Both the position numbers and the translations under genes were made by a program. From Felis catus (Eukaryota), in contig NC_058369.1 of the NCBI RefSeq assembly GCF_018350175.1, forward strand, positions 27,902,001-27,966,000: a DNA stretch of 64,000 nt, read 5' to 3'. The notes below the pieces were generated by a model. That model made no database searches. It saw nothing but the letters and a program-made list of their open reading frames with translations, and was not told where the DNA came from. Positions within the stretch are counted from its first letter, which is position 1. Every line of letters starts with the position of its first letter. Positions 52,366 through 64,000 of this stretch are shown here, piece after piece.

Positions 52366-52567
52366 ATGGTCCAACACTACAGCCATTAGCCAGATGTGGC
52401 TATTTAAATTTAAATGAATTAAAATTAAATCCTATTAAAATTGTCATTCCTCAGTTTACTAGGCACACTTCAAGCGCAATATCCACATGTGTCTAATGGC
52501 TGCCCTACTGGAAAGCACAGAAAATGGAAAATGTCTACCACTGCAGAAAGTCTTCTTGGGCAGTGCC
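52366..52567 (-). mobile_element. MER3-like hAT-Charlie element
   Basis: agccattagccagatgtggctatttaaattt...ctgcagaaagt. Confidence 0.8.
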
Positions 52568-53717
52568 AATCTAAAACATAAAATCACATCATCAATAGTC
52601 ATATATTAAGGGGAAATATAACATTTTATTTAACATCTTAAAAATGGGCTTTCGTATCCAAGCAAATACCTAGAAATACAAATGTTTTCCTTGGTTGTAA
52701 AATGGTATTAAAATTCCTCATTTACATTTTTAAGATAATAGTTTCAGATCATATTACTCAGGTGCAGATGTAGGACTTTTTTTCAGGGAAAAAGAGTGCT
52801 TTCCTAGATTCTGTCTTATCATACAAAACAAAATGCAGGTAGCATTAGACAAACAGATAATGAGCATGCAAGCTCATTACATCTCTGTTTTGAAAGAAAT
52901 ACAATTTACTGGTCTTGCAAAGAAAAGTTTAGAATATACAAGGAAACTCAATTTCTCTGGTCCCTGAGTTAATAGCCTTGTGAGTAAAACTGCCTTTTTC
53001 TCCCAAAGAATTCTCCACATGCTTTCATAATCATTCCAGTGTTGATACAGATGGTCATGGCAACTGCCCAGAAATAAAGTAATATTATGAGAGAGGGTCA
53101 AATAAGCTAATGGAGACCCCTCCCATCTTCCCCCTAAGCCACTGTCCTATTTGTAGCATGGGATGAAAGATTTTCTATTCATTATCCTACTTTGGAGTAA
53201 TATAACACACATACATACCACACAACATACAAGATTATCCATCCATAATTTGATATCATCTGTATTCAAATTTTTAAGAATATAACCGACATATAACTTG
53301 AATTATTTTTGATAATCTGAACACTTCTGTGTAAACAGCACCGAGATTATGAAACAGAATATTATCAGCATCTCACAGCCTGCCTCATACAGCTTTCCAG
53401 GGATCACTTCCTCAATGGTAATTAACAATCCAGACTTTCAACACCACTGGTGAATTGGACTGTTTTGGCAGCTTATATGCATGATACTCTTTTGTGTCTA
53501 GCTTTGGTCCCTCATAACATACTATCTAGTTTTGATAGACCCTCTTTGCTGCCATAAGGTAGCCATTAAAGGCTTTCCCACCACACCACATAGAACCAAT
53601 GTTTAGGGAGCAGGTACTATGCATCAAGTACAGTTCTAAGTGCTTTATAAACTTAAACTCATTTAATTCCTTAAATAAGTTCATCAAGAACATATTAGTA
53701 AATAGATGAGGACCCTA

Positions 53718-53900
53718 ATGTATTAATCTGGCTAGAAGGCAGTCCCCAATTATTCAATTAAACACTAATCTAGGTGCTGCTATGAAGGGTTTTTATAGAT
53801 GTAATTCAAATCCCTCCTCAACTGAGATTAGGGAGATTATCCTGGATGGGCCTGATTAGTCCACTAAAAGGCCTTAAAAAGAGCTCTGAGGCTTCCAAGA
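53718..53900 (+). mobile_element. ERVL LTR fragment (MLT2-like)
   Basis: aaacactaatctaggtgctgctatgaagg...gagattatcctggatgggcctgat. Confidence 0.7.
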
Positions 53901-54849
53901 GACAAAGAAAGAAATAGGAGGAGGGAGGGACTTTTTCTGAAACAGATAACAATGAGCAAAGAATTTATGCATGCTAATAACAGATGGTGAACCAATTCAA
54001 AGACAAGTGTGGGCAGATCATTCTTGAATTAGAACTAATGGTAGAAATGGTAGGCATCATGTTTATAAAGGTTTCTAGGTTTTTTCCCAAACCAGCCCTG
54101 ATGTCATGTATTCTTGCATACTGTCCCTGGAGGTACACTTTGAATTTTCAAGTCTGTGATCAGATTTTAGGTTCAGAAAGTAAGGTCATTGAGTTTATGA
54201 TAGACTGGTGGAAGGAAGTGTTTTTGGACAGTTAGACATCTTAAACTTGTTATTAATTTTCAAAGGAATCTCAGTGAAAGGTTTTCCCTGCGTGGACCTG
54301 AACAGATCAAGGAAACTGTAAGTCTTTTAACAACAGAAACTACTTCTTCCATTATCATCTTCCCCTTGACACACATCACTTAGGATTGAAGTTAAGTCAC
54401 AATAAATATGGACAGACACCATTTCTCTTCTCTTTCTGAGTTTAAGGCTGATTTTAAAATTGTTTTCCATTTTCACAGGTGCAATTAAAGCCAAAATGGA
54501 ATTCCTAATTCTCCCTCCCAACCTGTTTCTCCTCAAGTTTTTTTTCCATCTCAATGGTTCATCTCCCACCTTCACTCAATTTCTCTGCCCAAAACCATGG
54601 TAATGACCAACAAGTGGATTCTGCCTCCTACGCATATTCCAAAGCTGACCACTTGTCTCCATTTCCATCATAAGCACCTCTGTTCAGGCCATGCTGTTGC
54701 CAAATCCAGACAAGAAGTCCCTCAGTGATCCCACCTTCCACTAAGCCCTGCTGTTACATACACCAGGGGACCCTTTTTAAGTTGTAAATTAGGTACCCTC
54801 ACTCCCTTGCTTAAAATTCCAAGGGAATTTGCTGGGTATTCTATGACAC

Positions 54850-55814
54850 TAAAGAATTACTGAGAAGTTATAAGTGTGATAGTGGTATGATGGCTATGTT
54901 TTTAAAAAAAAGAGTTTTTGTATTCCCACCAACAACACAAACTGGTACAGCCACTCTGGAGAACAGTGTGGAGGTTCCTCAAAAAAATAAAAATAGAACT
55001 ACCCTATGACCCAGCAATAGCACTACTAGGAATTTATCCAAACGATACAGACGTGCTGATGCATAGGAGCACATGTACCCCAATGTTTATAGCAGCGCTT
55101 TCAACAATAGCTAGATTATGGGAAGAACCTAAATGTCCATCAACTGATGACTGTTTAAAGAAGATGTGGTTATATATACAATGGAATACTACTTGGCAAT
55201 GAGAAAGAATGAAATCATGCCATTTGCAGCAACGTGGATGGAACTGGAAGGTATTATGCTAAGTGAAGTAAGTCAGAGAAAGACAGATACATGTTTTCAC
55301 TCATATGTGTCTCTTGAGAAACTTAAGAGAAGACCATGGGGGAAGAGAAGGGTGGGAAAAAGTAGTTATGAACAGAGAGGGAGGGAAGTAAACCTTAAGA
55401 CACTCTTTAGTACAGAGAACAAACTGAAGGTTGATGCGGGGTGGGGGAGAGGGGTAAATGGGTGATGGGCACCTGTTGGATGAGCACTAGGTGTTGTATG
55501 TAAGCAATGAACCATGGGAATCTACCCCAAAAACAAAGAGCACACTGTACACACTATATGTTGGCCAATTTGACAATAAATTATATTTAAAAAAAAAGAG
55601 TTTCTGTGTTTTAGAGGTATAAAGTGAAATATTCACAAATTAAATAATTAGACATTTGCTTCAAATAATGTGGTGTGGTTGGGAGAGAGAATAGATAAAA
55701 CAAGACTGCCCATGAGATGATAATTATTGAAGCTGGCTAATGGGTATAAGGGTAGTCATTACACTTTCCCATTTTTGTGTATGTTTGAAATTTTTGTAAT
55801 AAGAAGTTTTAAAA
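54850..55814 (+). mobile_element. Ancient L1ME4-like 3' end split by a young L1
   Basis: gtgtgatagtggtatgatggctatg | gataattattgaagctgg...gtatgtttgaaatttt. Confidence 0.7.
54922..55595 (+). mobile_element. Felid L1 3' fragment (ORF2 C-terminus and 3' UTR) with a 13-bp 5' inversion
   Basis: KLVQPLWRTVWRFLKKIKIELPYDPAIALLGIYP; TSD aagagttt(t/c)tgt. Confidence 0.95.
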
Positions 55815-56506
55815 TCCCCAATGACTCCTGAATGCACTTACAGTGAAATTCCAAGAATGTTCTTTGGTCCAGAAGGTCCTGTAAGACCTAACTCCTGCTT
55901 ACCACTCTCAGATCTCCGATCTCATCCAGGAGCCAGCTCTGCCCATTAACTATGGAAGAGCTACCAACCAGGCAGCCCATATGCCTGAAACACGCCAAGC
56001 TCGTTGACTCTTCAGGGCCTTACAAATGCCCTTCCCTCAGCCCAGAGGGCTTCACCCCAGACATTCTCATGGGTGACTCCTCCTTCAGATGCCCTCACTC
56101 CTCAGGAAAGCCTTTTCTGACCATGCTCTCTGAGGGTATCTTCCCATCTCACCCTCAACCTCCCCATCCTCTGCACTCCTCCCCAACCCAACCTCTGATT
56201 TTCTTTTATTCTTTTGCTATATTTTCCTTATAATGCTTATCATTTTTGAAACCATCTTACGTCTCAAATGAGTCATTTTAGAAGTAAGTCATTTCTTGTC
56301 ACTATCTCCACTATTACCAGAATATGTGCTTAGACATAACTGGGACCTAGTCTGTCTACGTCACTTGCATAGTCCTGGGCCTATCACAGGGTCTAGTACA
56401 CAAGGAGGATTCCAATGAAGACACATTAAATGAATTGTCTATTCGACCAGATTATTAAAGTTGCATATATATCACATGAATGCCACTAAGAATAATTGCT
56501 GTCTTA

Positions 56507-56706
56507 GGGATGCCTGGGTGGCTCAGTTGGTTAAGCATCTGACTTTTGATTTCAGCTCAGGTCATGATCTCACAATGCATGAGATCTGGCCCCATGTTGG
56601 GCTCTGTGTTGACAGCATGGAGTCTGCTTCAGATTCTCTCTCTCCCTCGGCCTCTCTCCCCTGCTCATGCTTTCTCTCTCTCAAGATAAACATTAAAAAA
56701 AAAAAA
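56507..56706 (+). mobile_element. Carnivore SINE
   Basis: head, body, poly-A. Confidence 0.95.
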
Positions 56707-57524
56707 GAAAGGAATAATCAGTGTCTTAAAAGGTTAAATTATCCTTACATGTATATATCTGTAGTGTTAATTAACAGTTACTATCTACAGAATTCCTTTG
56801 AATAAAAGATATATCAACATCTTGAATAATTAAATACTTACACTAATTAATGCCTTCAGGTTTCTTTAGAATACATAAAATATATTCAGATACATGCATA
56901 CAAACATATACACAGTCATCATTCTGATACCAAATATATAGTATGATTATTATTGGTTAATATGGAAAGAGTATGACAGTTTATGATTGCTATATCTTTG
57001 CCAAAAAAAAGGGGCCAAATGTATTGTTGCCATACCTCATATTTTAAAATTCATTTCTAAGATTCTTAGCTGGTGTTAAACCATGTCAGCATAATAAGCA
57101 AGTTTTGATTTCCTTTCAGATGTTTCTAGCTGCTGAAAGAATTGATTTTTAAGATTCTTTCCTATTGACCTATACGGCTGTGAAGAAGAGATAGCTCTTC
57201 TTAATCTGAAAGATCCAAGCAGAGCTTACATTCCCTGGCCATTGTTCAGATGTCACCTTCAGAGCTTGCTTCTTTATGTATCGTTAGAGAAACACAAATG
57301 TATTAGTTATAGGACACTGCCTGATAGGTTTTAAACCCTCTTTGAAATGTTGTTTTAATATTGATAGCTCAACATCATTCATTCAAGAATAACTATACCC
57401 AGTTATCATAGATATAGTAAAGTATATTTTTAATATACCTACCTTCTCAAGTATAAATTTATTCTGGGGTCATATAGACAACCCAATAACACCCAGAGTA
57501 GTGTTAAATAATGTGTGGCTTCCT

Positions 57525-58392
57525 GAAAAACAAATAATCCAGTGAAGAAATGGGCAGAAAACATGAATAGACACTCCTCTAAAGAAGACATTCAGATGGC
57601 CAACAGGCACATGAAAAGATGCTCAATGTCACTCCTTATCAGGGAGATACAAATCAAAACCACACTGAGATATCACCTCACGCCAGTCAGAGTGGCTAAA
57701 ATGAACAAATCAGGAAACTATAGATGCTGGCGAGGATGTGGAGAAACGGGAACCCTCTTGCACTGTTGGTGGGAATGCAAACTGGTGCAGCCACTCTGGA
57801 AAAGAGTGTAGAGGTTCTTCAAAAATTAAAAATAGATCTCCCCTATGACCAAGTAATAGCACTGCTAGGAATTTACCCAAGGGATACAGGAGTGCTGATG
57901 CATAGGGGCACTTGTACCCCAATGTTTATAGCAGCACTTTCAACAATAGCCAAATTATGGAAAGAGCCTAAATGTCCATCAACTGATGAATGGATAAAGA
58001 AATTGTGGTTTATATACCCAATGGAATACTACTTGGCAATGAGAAGGAATGAAATATGGCCTTTTGTAGCAACATGGATGGAACTTGAGAGTGTTATGTC
58101 AAGTAAAATAAGTCATACAGAGAAAGACAGATACCATATGTTTTCACTCCTATGTGGATCCTGAGAAACTTAACAGAAGACCATGGGGGAGGGGAAGGAA
58201 AAAAAAAAGCTAGAGAGGGAAGGAGGCAAACCATAAGAGACTCTTAAAAACTGAGAATAAACTGAGGGTTGATGGGAGGTGGGAAGGAGGGGAAAGTGAG
58301 TGATGGGCATTGAGGAAGGCACCTGTTGGGATGAGCACTGGGTGTTGTATGGACACCAATTTGACAATAAATTGCATATTACAAAAAAAAAA
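57525..58392 (+). mobile_element. 5'-truncated young felid L1 (L1_Fc-like): ORF2 C-terminus with CCHC knuckle, 3' UTR, poly-A
   Basis: [27 protein letters not shown]...[19 protein letters not shown]; premature TAG at 57809-57811 followed by a frameshift; TSD taatgtgtggc. Confidence 0.97.
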
Positions 58393-58397
58393 TGAAT

Positions 58398-58620
58398 GGG
58401 CGCCTGGGTGGCGCAGTCGGTTAAGCGTCCGACTTCAGCCAGGTCACGATCTCGCAGTCCGTGAGTTCGAGCCCCGCGTCAGGCTCTGGGCTGATGGCTC
58501 AGAGCCTGGAGCCTGTTTCCGATTCTGTGTCTCCCTCTCTCTCTGCCCCTCGCCCGTTCGTGCTCTGTCTCTCTCTGTCCCAAAAAAAATAAACATTGAA
58601 AAAAAATTTTTAAAAAAAAT
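58398..58620 (+). mobile_element. Young felid SINE inserted in the L1 tail
   Basis: CpG-rich consensus-like copy; flanking aaaaaaaat(g/t)aat. Confidence 0.97.
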
Positions 58621-60009
58621 TAATGTGTGGCATCTTGGTAGACTGAAGGAATGGAAGAGCTATTCTAGCAATGTGGCTTTCTAACTGGTAAATACTAATG
58701 AGGCAGGAACAGTAACAAAAGGGAGACACAGCATCTCAAATCCATCTATTCCCCTAAAACCAGACTAACCAAATCCCCATCCATTAAACTTCAAAGGCCC
58801 GTTCCCCATCTTCCTTTCTCCCAAGACAAGGAGTTTTAAATTGCGCATGCTATTACATATTGGTTTTTTTCCAAAACATCTAAGAAATTCAAGAAGAAAA
58901 CTTGCATAAAGACTTGTACTCAACCTAGAAGTCAATACATGCAGCAACACTTTGACAGTCTGCAATCAAGTGATTTAAGTGGCAATGGTGGTCCAGTCTA
59001 ATGCCACTTTTATAAAGGGAAGCCCAGAAAATATCACAACAGGAAGTGTCACTTTTACTTGGACTAAAGAGGCTGTAGTTTGTTTCATAAACAGGTTGGT
59101 TCCATGGAAAGGTGCAATAAATAGAAGGAAAAAGCAGAACTCACTACAGAGATCCTCCCAGTACTAGACTTAAAAGAAAGATAAGAAAGAAAAGAAAGTT
59201 CTCTTATGTTTCCAAGATCACAGAGCAGTGCTAGACCGGATCTCCTTTGCAGGAAAACCCAGAGACACTGTGCATTTTGTCTCCAGCCATCCCAGTCTTC
59301 ATAAAATTCTGCAAATACACTCTTCTACTGCACACAGTCTCCTCACACCCAGGAGCTTTCTAACTTCCTGAATAATTCCTGATTTTTTTAAAACCCAAAT
59401 TGGAGGCTACCATCCTTTAGAAAGCCTTCTTGAGAAGCGTCTCACTTCAAGTCCACCCTAATATATGCTCCGATCTTACTGACTTCATGATTTAAATGCT
59501 AGTATTTTTACAATAAATTGTCATTCGCTTTCCAAATGTTTGTCACACAAACTGAATGGGACTCTTAAAGACAAAGATGACCCTTTACTCGGGTCTTTGT
59601 CACCAGAGGCTTGCTTGGGGCCTGGCATGAATGCCTTCTCAGAAAAAAACTGAATGAAAGAACAAAAGAATGAACAGCCAAGTGAATGAATAAAAGGAGC
59701 CAGTATCTCTTTAAATTGCTAGTTCCCATCCAGTTCCCATTACTAGGCTTCCACTTCACACCCAACAGAGTTTATCATGTACTTAACTTTCCAGTCCTAA
59801 ACATTGTTAAGCTTTGAAGTTCATGATCACTGAAGTATTCTGGCACAATGGACTTATGATTCATTTGTCACTTTAGCTTTCTTAAAGAATGGTTCATATT
59901 TAGGTATTTTTAAATCAATACCTTCTTTGTGAATGGAGATGTTCATGGATCCATCGTTAGATGTTACTGATTCTGTGAAGTAATTGTGGGCTATATTCCT
60001 CCCCCCTTT

Positions 60010-60800
60010 TTTAGTCATATATACACATGAAAATATTCTTATTATAAAAAATTCAAACAATATAGGAAAAACTTGAAAACTCTTTCTTACTACTTCACCT
60101 AATCTACTTCCTGGCCCAAAAGCAAATTTATTATGGATGTCAGGCCATTTTCTTATCATTTAGCTATTTGCATATGCATACGTATTTTGTGTTGCTTGGT
60201 TTGGAGTCTTGTACATGGGTCAGATCTAAAGGTTTTGTAAACTTCCCTGTTCACTTAAAAATATGTCTCAGAGAGGGTGTCTAAGTGGCTCAGTTCTTTA
60301 AGCTTCGGACTTTGAGGTCATGATCTCAAGGCTCCTGAGTTGGAGCCCCGCATTGGGCTCTGTGCTGACGACCCAGAGCGTGGAGCCTGCTTCAGATTCT
60401 GTCACCATCTCTCTGCCCCTCCCCTGCTCATGCTGTCTCTCTCTCCCTCTCTCTCTCTCTCAAATATAAAATAAAATGTTAAATTTTTTAAAAATATGTC
60501 TTTGAGATATTGCCATGTGAGACACACCTCACACTTTTTAACTACGAGTATTCCATAATTTGGGTATACCATAGCTTAGTCATTCTCATACTGATTGAAA
60601 TTATGCTTTTCAATTTTTCTGTTTTAAAAATCCTTGAACATGTGTCTTTATATAAAGGTCCCAGGAATTACTGGGCTTAAGAGTATGCAAAGATAAGCTT
60701 ACCCGAGTAGGAGCCTGTTTCTCTACATCCTCACAAATAGAGTGGATATTAACAGCTTTTGTTTGTTTTTGTTTTTGGTCAATCTGATGATACCATCTAT
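60010..60800 (-). mobile_element. Degraded ancient L1 (L1ME-like), interrupted by a SINE
   Basis: gtattccataatttgggtataccat, ggaattactgggcttaagagtatgc motifs. Confidence 0.55.
60275..60490 (+). mobile_element. Carnivore SINE
   Basis: TSD aaaaatatgtct. Confidence 0.95.
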
Positions 60801-60978
60801 CTCCACATGATATAACCCAGTGTAGAAATGTCTATATTCATACCCATTATGGTACACTATGATTGCCACAGAGCTTGAACTGAAATATATCACAGAGACC
60901 CTGAAGGGCTTCTGCTCAATTCTTTTCACTTCACATCCCAAGTATCATCAACATCGATTCAAAATCAATTCGTCTTTA

Positions 60979-61170
60979 GGGGTGTCTACGTGGCTCAGTC
61001 AGTTAAGCATCTGATGGTTGGTATTGGCTCAGATCATGATCTCATGGTCATGGTCGTGGGATCAAGCCTGCTTAGGATTCTCTCTCCTTCTGTGCTTCCC
61101 TGTGTGTGCTCGCTCTCTTGCGCGCTCTCTCTCTCTCTCTCTCTCAAAAATTAAATAAAAACTTAAAAAA
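60979..61170 (+). mobile_element. Carnivore SINE with internal deletion
   Basis: head, CT tract, tail. Confidence 0.93.
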
Positions 61171-62914
61171 TCAACTCATATTTAAACATCAGGAAGAGGG
61201 GACTGTGAGTAATGTCTTCACATAAACTATCTTGACATCCTGTTAATATCTGATGAGGTAGAAAATTCTGTCCCTGTTTCATAGATGACCACAATGGAAG
61301 CTGACTCCCCAAGGGTCCCAAGCTCTGCTTCATGCCAGGAAGTGCTAAATAGTCTGAGAATTAGAGGACTGCACCAGGGTCTTATCCACTTTAAACTTTT
61401 TTGGGTTGTTATTCTTCTTCAGTGCCCAAGATACTGCTTTTTGAGTATCAGTGTTCACACCAAGAGTGAAAATGCCTCTACCCATTTCTTTTTAACAAAA
61501 ATTATGGCCTTAGAAACACTGCTGGCATGACAGATGCTAGAAGACAACAATGTTTATTCAGTAGCAACAAAAATGATCTTCATTGGGCACCTAGCCTTTT
61601 TTTAAGGAGTTACGTTATTTCCCAGAACTAATGTCCAAGACATGAAACGACAGAGAATGCTCTCAATGATTAACATAAAGTATAGGGGAGTAAGTATTAC
61701 ACTTGTTACACCTCAGCAATATTTAAGAATTAAATGTTTAAAAGTTCTATTCTGGACAAAAATCAATAAAGTCAAAGAAGCCACAGTTACACTGTTAATT
61801 CCAGAAAAGTTCCCTAATATTACCAACAAAAATCTGTACTGAGGAAACAAATGAACTTTCACATCACTCAAGTTCTACTGAGGAAAAAAAAAAAAAAAGT
61901 ACATCTTTTAGCACCAAATAAAATGAACAGGAAAATGCTTTCTAAAATGTTGAAAGGCATGAAATGAAAGGTTAAAATATTTCACTATGCATATGTTATG
62001 CTGGAACCTTGAAGCTATCGTCTACATGAGAATGGTACTTTAAAGATTACTTGAATGTGTTTTCTGAAAGTATGGAATGATCAATTCATTTTTAAAACCC
62101 TTAATGTAACAGTACTCTTACTTTGCCTGACAGATGACAAGGCTCAGGAAAGGCAAAGATCAGAACTTGCGGGAACAAAAATAAAGTTGGCACCAGATTC
62201 ACTTCCCCTTCATGCCAACCCTTTCTTCTCCCTTATCATACAACAAAGCAAAAAGAAAAGTATTGAATATGAAAACCAGAGAGATTTCCCATGACTGAGC
62301 CTTGGCAAGTACAAATGCATTAGTAATGGAGCTGATTCCTGTGACCTTTTCAATTATGATAATCCCTCAAAGAAAATTAAAACCATTTTCTAAAACATGG
62401 TCCAAGGAGTTCCACAGATAATTGAAGAAAACATTTAGGAACATCCCTGGCATTTTTTTTTTAAGTACGTACATACTTAACACACATCTGTTCTACTCTA
62501 CAGCTTTTCCAGGCATGATTATTCGTGAACAAAAGGTCAACGTAACTTGAAAGAGATTTTTTAAAAGCCTATGGTTTCCAGAAATGTTGCCCTTCATTTC
62601 TCTTTTATACATATTATATCTTGAAATGGGAAGATCTAAAAAGAGGGGGGCTATATACTGGTTATTGCCTCCCAAGGATTTGTTAGTCAAATGACCAATT
62701 AATACTTCACTAAAAGGTATCCTTCTGTTTTGGATATGACAAATATGTGAAGTGACATTAGAGTCCCCAGGATTTCCACTGGATTTCTAGTGAGCAAAAG
62801 TTTCCCCAAAGCATGGAAACAAGTATACATACAACTTTATTTACAGTTACATTATTCACAAAGTTCACTTGTGCCAAATTCCCACTTAATGAATAAGCAG
62901 ACTACATATATACA

Positions 62915-63060
62915 TATTTTAAGTAGGTTTCACACCCAGCACAAAGCCCAATGCAGGGATGGAATTCACAATCCCAAGATCAAGACCTGAGCTGATATCA
63001 AGAGTTGGATTACTGAACCACCAAGCTAGTTGGATTACTAGTTTACTGAACCACCAAACA
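62915..63060 (-). mobile_element. Short older carnivore SINE with a rearranged 5' end
   Basis: agatcaagacctgagctgatatcaagagttggat; duplicated gttggattact and actgaaccaccaa. Confidence 0.75.
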
Positions 63061-63179
63061 TCTCAATAAGCAGATAATATTTAAGGAAATCAAAGATCAC
63101 ATCATTGTCGTACTTGAATCAAGTGATTTCAATTTAGAGTCGAGAAGGAAAGTCAAGTTTATAGACACAATATCCAAGA

Positions 63180-63335
63180 AGCTGAGGCTTTCATCTTCTA
63201 CTCTGTCCATCCTCTTATTTGTCTTCTGACACTTAGCTGGGCAGTTAACCAATTGGAGTCCCAATTTCTCAAGGGTAAAATGAAAATATTGACATATGTC
63301 ACAGCAGACTTCAAACAGTGCTATCATAAGGATTG
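63180..63335 (+). mobile_element. MIR, degraded
   Basis: ctgggcagttaacc...aatttctcaagggtaaaatg...aaggattgaat. Confidence 0.55.
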
Positions 63336-64000
63336 AATAAACTAACAGATATGAAAAGGTTTTAAAAATTATACGATATGATGGAAACAAGATAATGGTG
63401 TTACAATTACTGGTTCTCATGTGCAGAGTTAGATTTTCAGTATGAGTAAGCATGTATCTACCACAGCAGATATGAGACAAGTTATACTGCACGGGAAACT
63501 ATAACATGGATTTTGATCAATAGAAGCCATTCTATTGCTTTCTGATTTTTCTAAGAGAAAATTGGAGAGGATGAAAGAAAAAAAAAAAGAAAGGTCTCTG
63601 TTTCAAATTTTTATTTCTGTTGCACATACCTAGTAAGAAGCAGTTATGTAGCTATTAAGTTACACTTGCAATAAACATACAAACAAACCCTTTGAATTCC
63701 ATCAACAGAAGATCAGCCTAAAACACACACCACAAAGGATATGAAATGGCTAGTGAAGACTTCAAAATCAGGATTATGACCCTGGATTTCACTAGGAATG
63801 TGTTCTATCGTGAAAGCTCAAGCACACAGAAAACATCGTGGGAATACAAATAACTATCACATAAAAGAACACTTTGCCTTCATTTGAGCATAATTTCATT
63901 TTTATCCAATTCAAATATCACAGAACAAAGAACTAGAAGGAAGAGGGATGATAAAAGCCCGGCACTTGGGATAGAAGTGGTTGTGCACAGAGACTGGAAA

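Larger units (their letters stand above)
54480..56435 (+). mobile_element. L2 LINE split by nested L1 insertions
   Basis: L2 motifs at 54480-54820 and 55815-56435, ending aatgaat. Confidence 0.7.

Noticed and set aside
57724..58164. 146-aa ORF as a host gene
   Set aside because: It is the frameshifted C-terminus of L1 ORF2 in a 5'-truncated copy
63097..63492. 131-aa minus-strand ORF
   Set aside because: Overlaps a degraded MIR and has no recognisable homology

Overview
Mammalian, AT-rich genomic DNA from a cat-family animal (Felidae), judged from about 32 carnivore tRNA-derived SINEs. Four of these are near-identical young SINEC_Fc-type copies, and there are two felid-type L1 3' ends. Much of the window is interspersed repeat: L1 of several ages, L2, MIR, CR1/L3, MaLR/ERVL LTRs, hAT-Charlie fossils and microsatellites. 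I cannot recognise any intact protein-coding gene. The only ORFs with recognisable homology are decayed L1 ORF2 pieces, and many of the rest are SINE or repeat read-throughs. SINE and L1 orientation bias, plus several splice-site pairs, suggest the window lies in large introns or the 5' non-coding part of a minus-strand host gene that I cannot name. The best-supported observations concern retrotransposition mechanics: a tiny twin-priming 5' inversion, two cases of a SINE inserted into the tail/TSD of an earlier element, a three-level nest, and an L1 with two large internal deletions. The most intriguing but speculative observation is a pair of candidate minus-strand exons (14440-14644 and 7271-7672) that would splice in frame into a 121-codon ORF. 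I cannot support a claim of a new biological system from sequence alone. Subfamily names come from recalled consensus motifs, not from a database search, and repeat boundaries are approximate unless a TSD is given.
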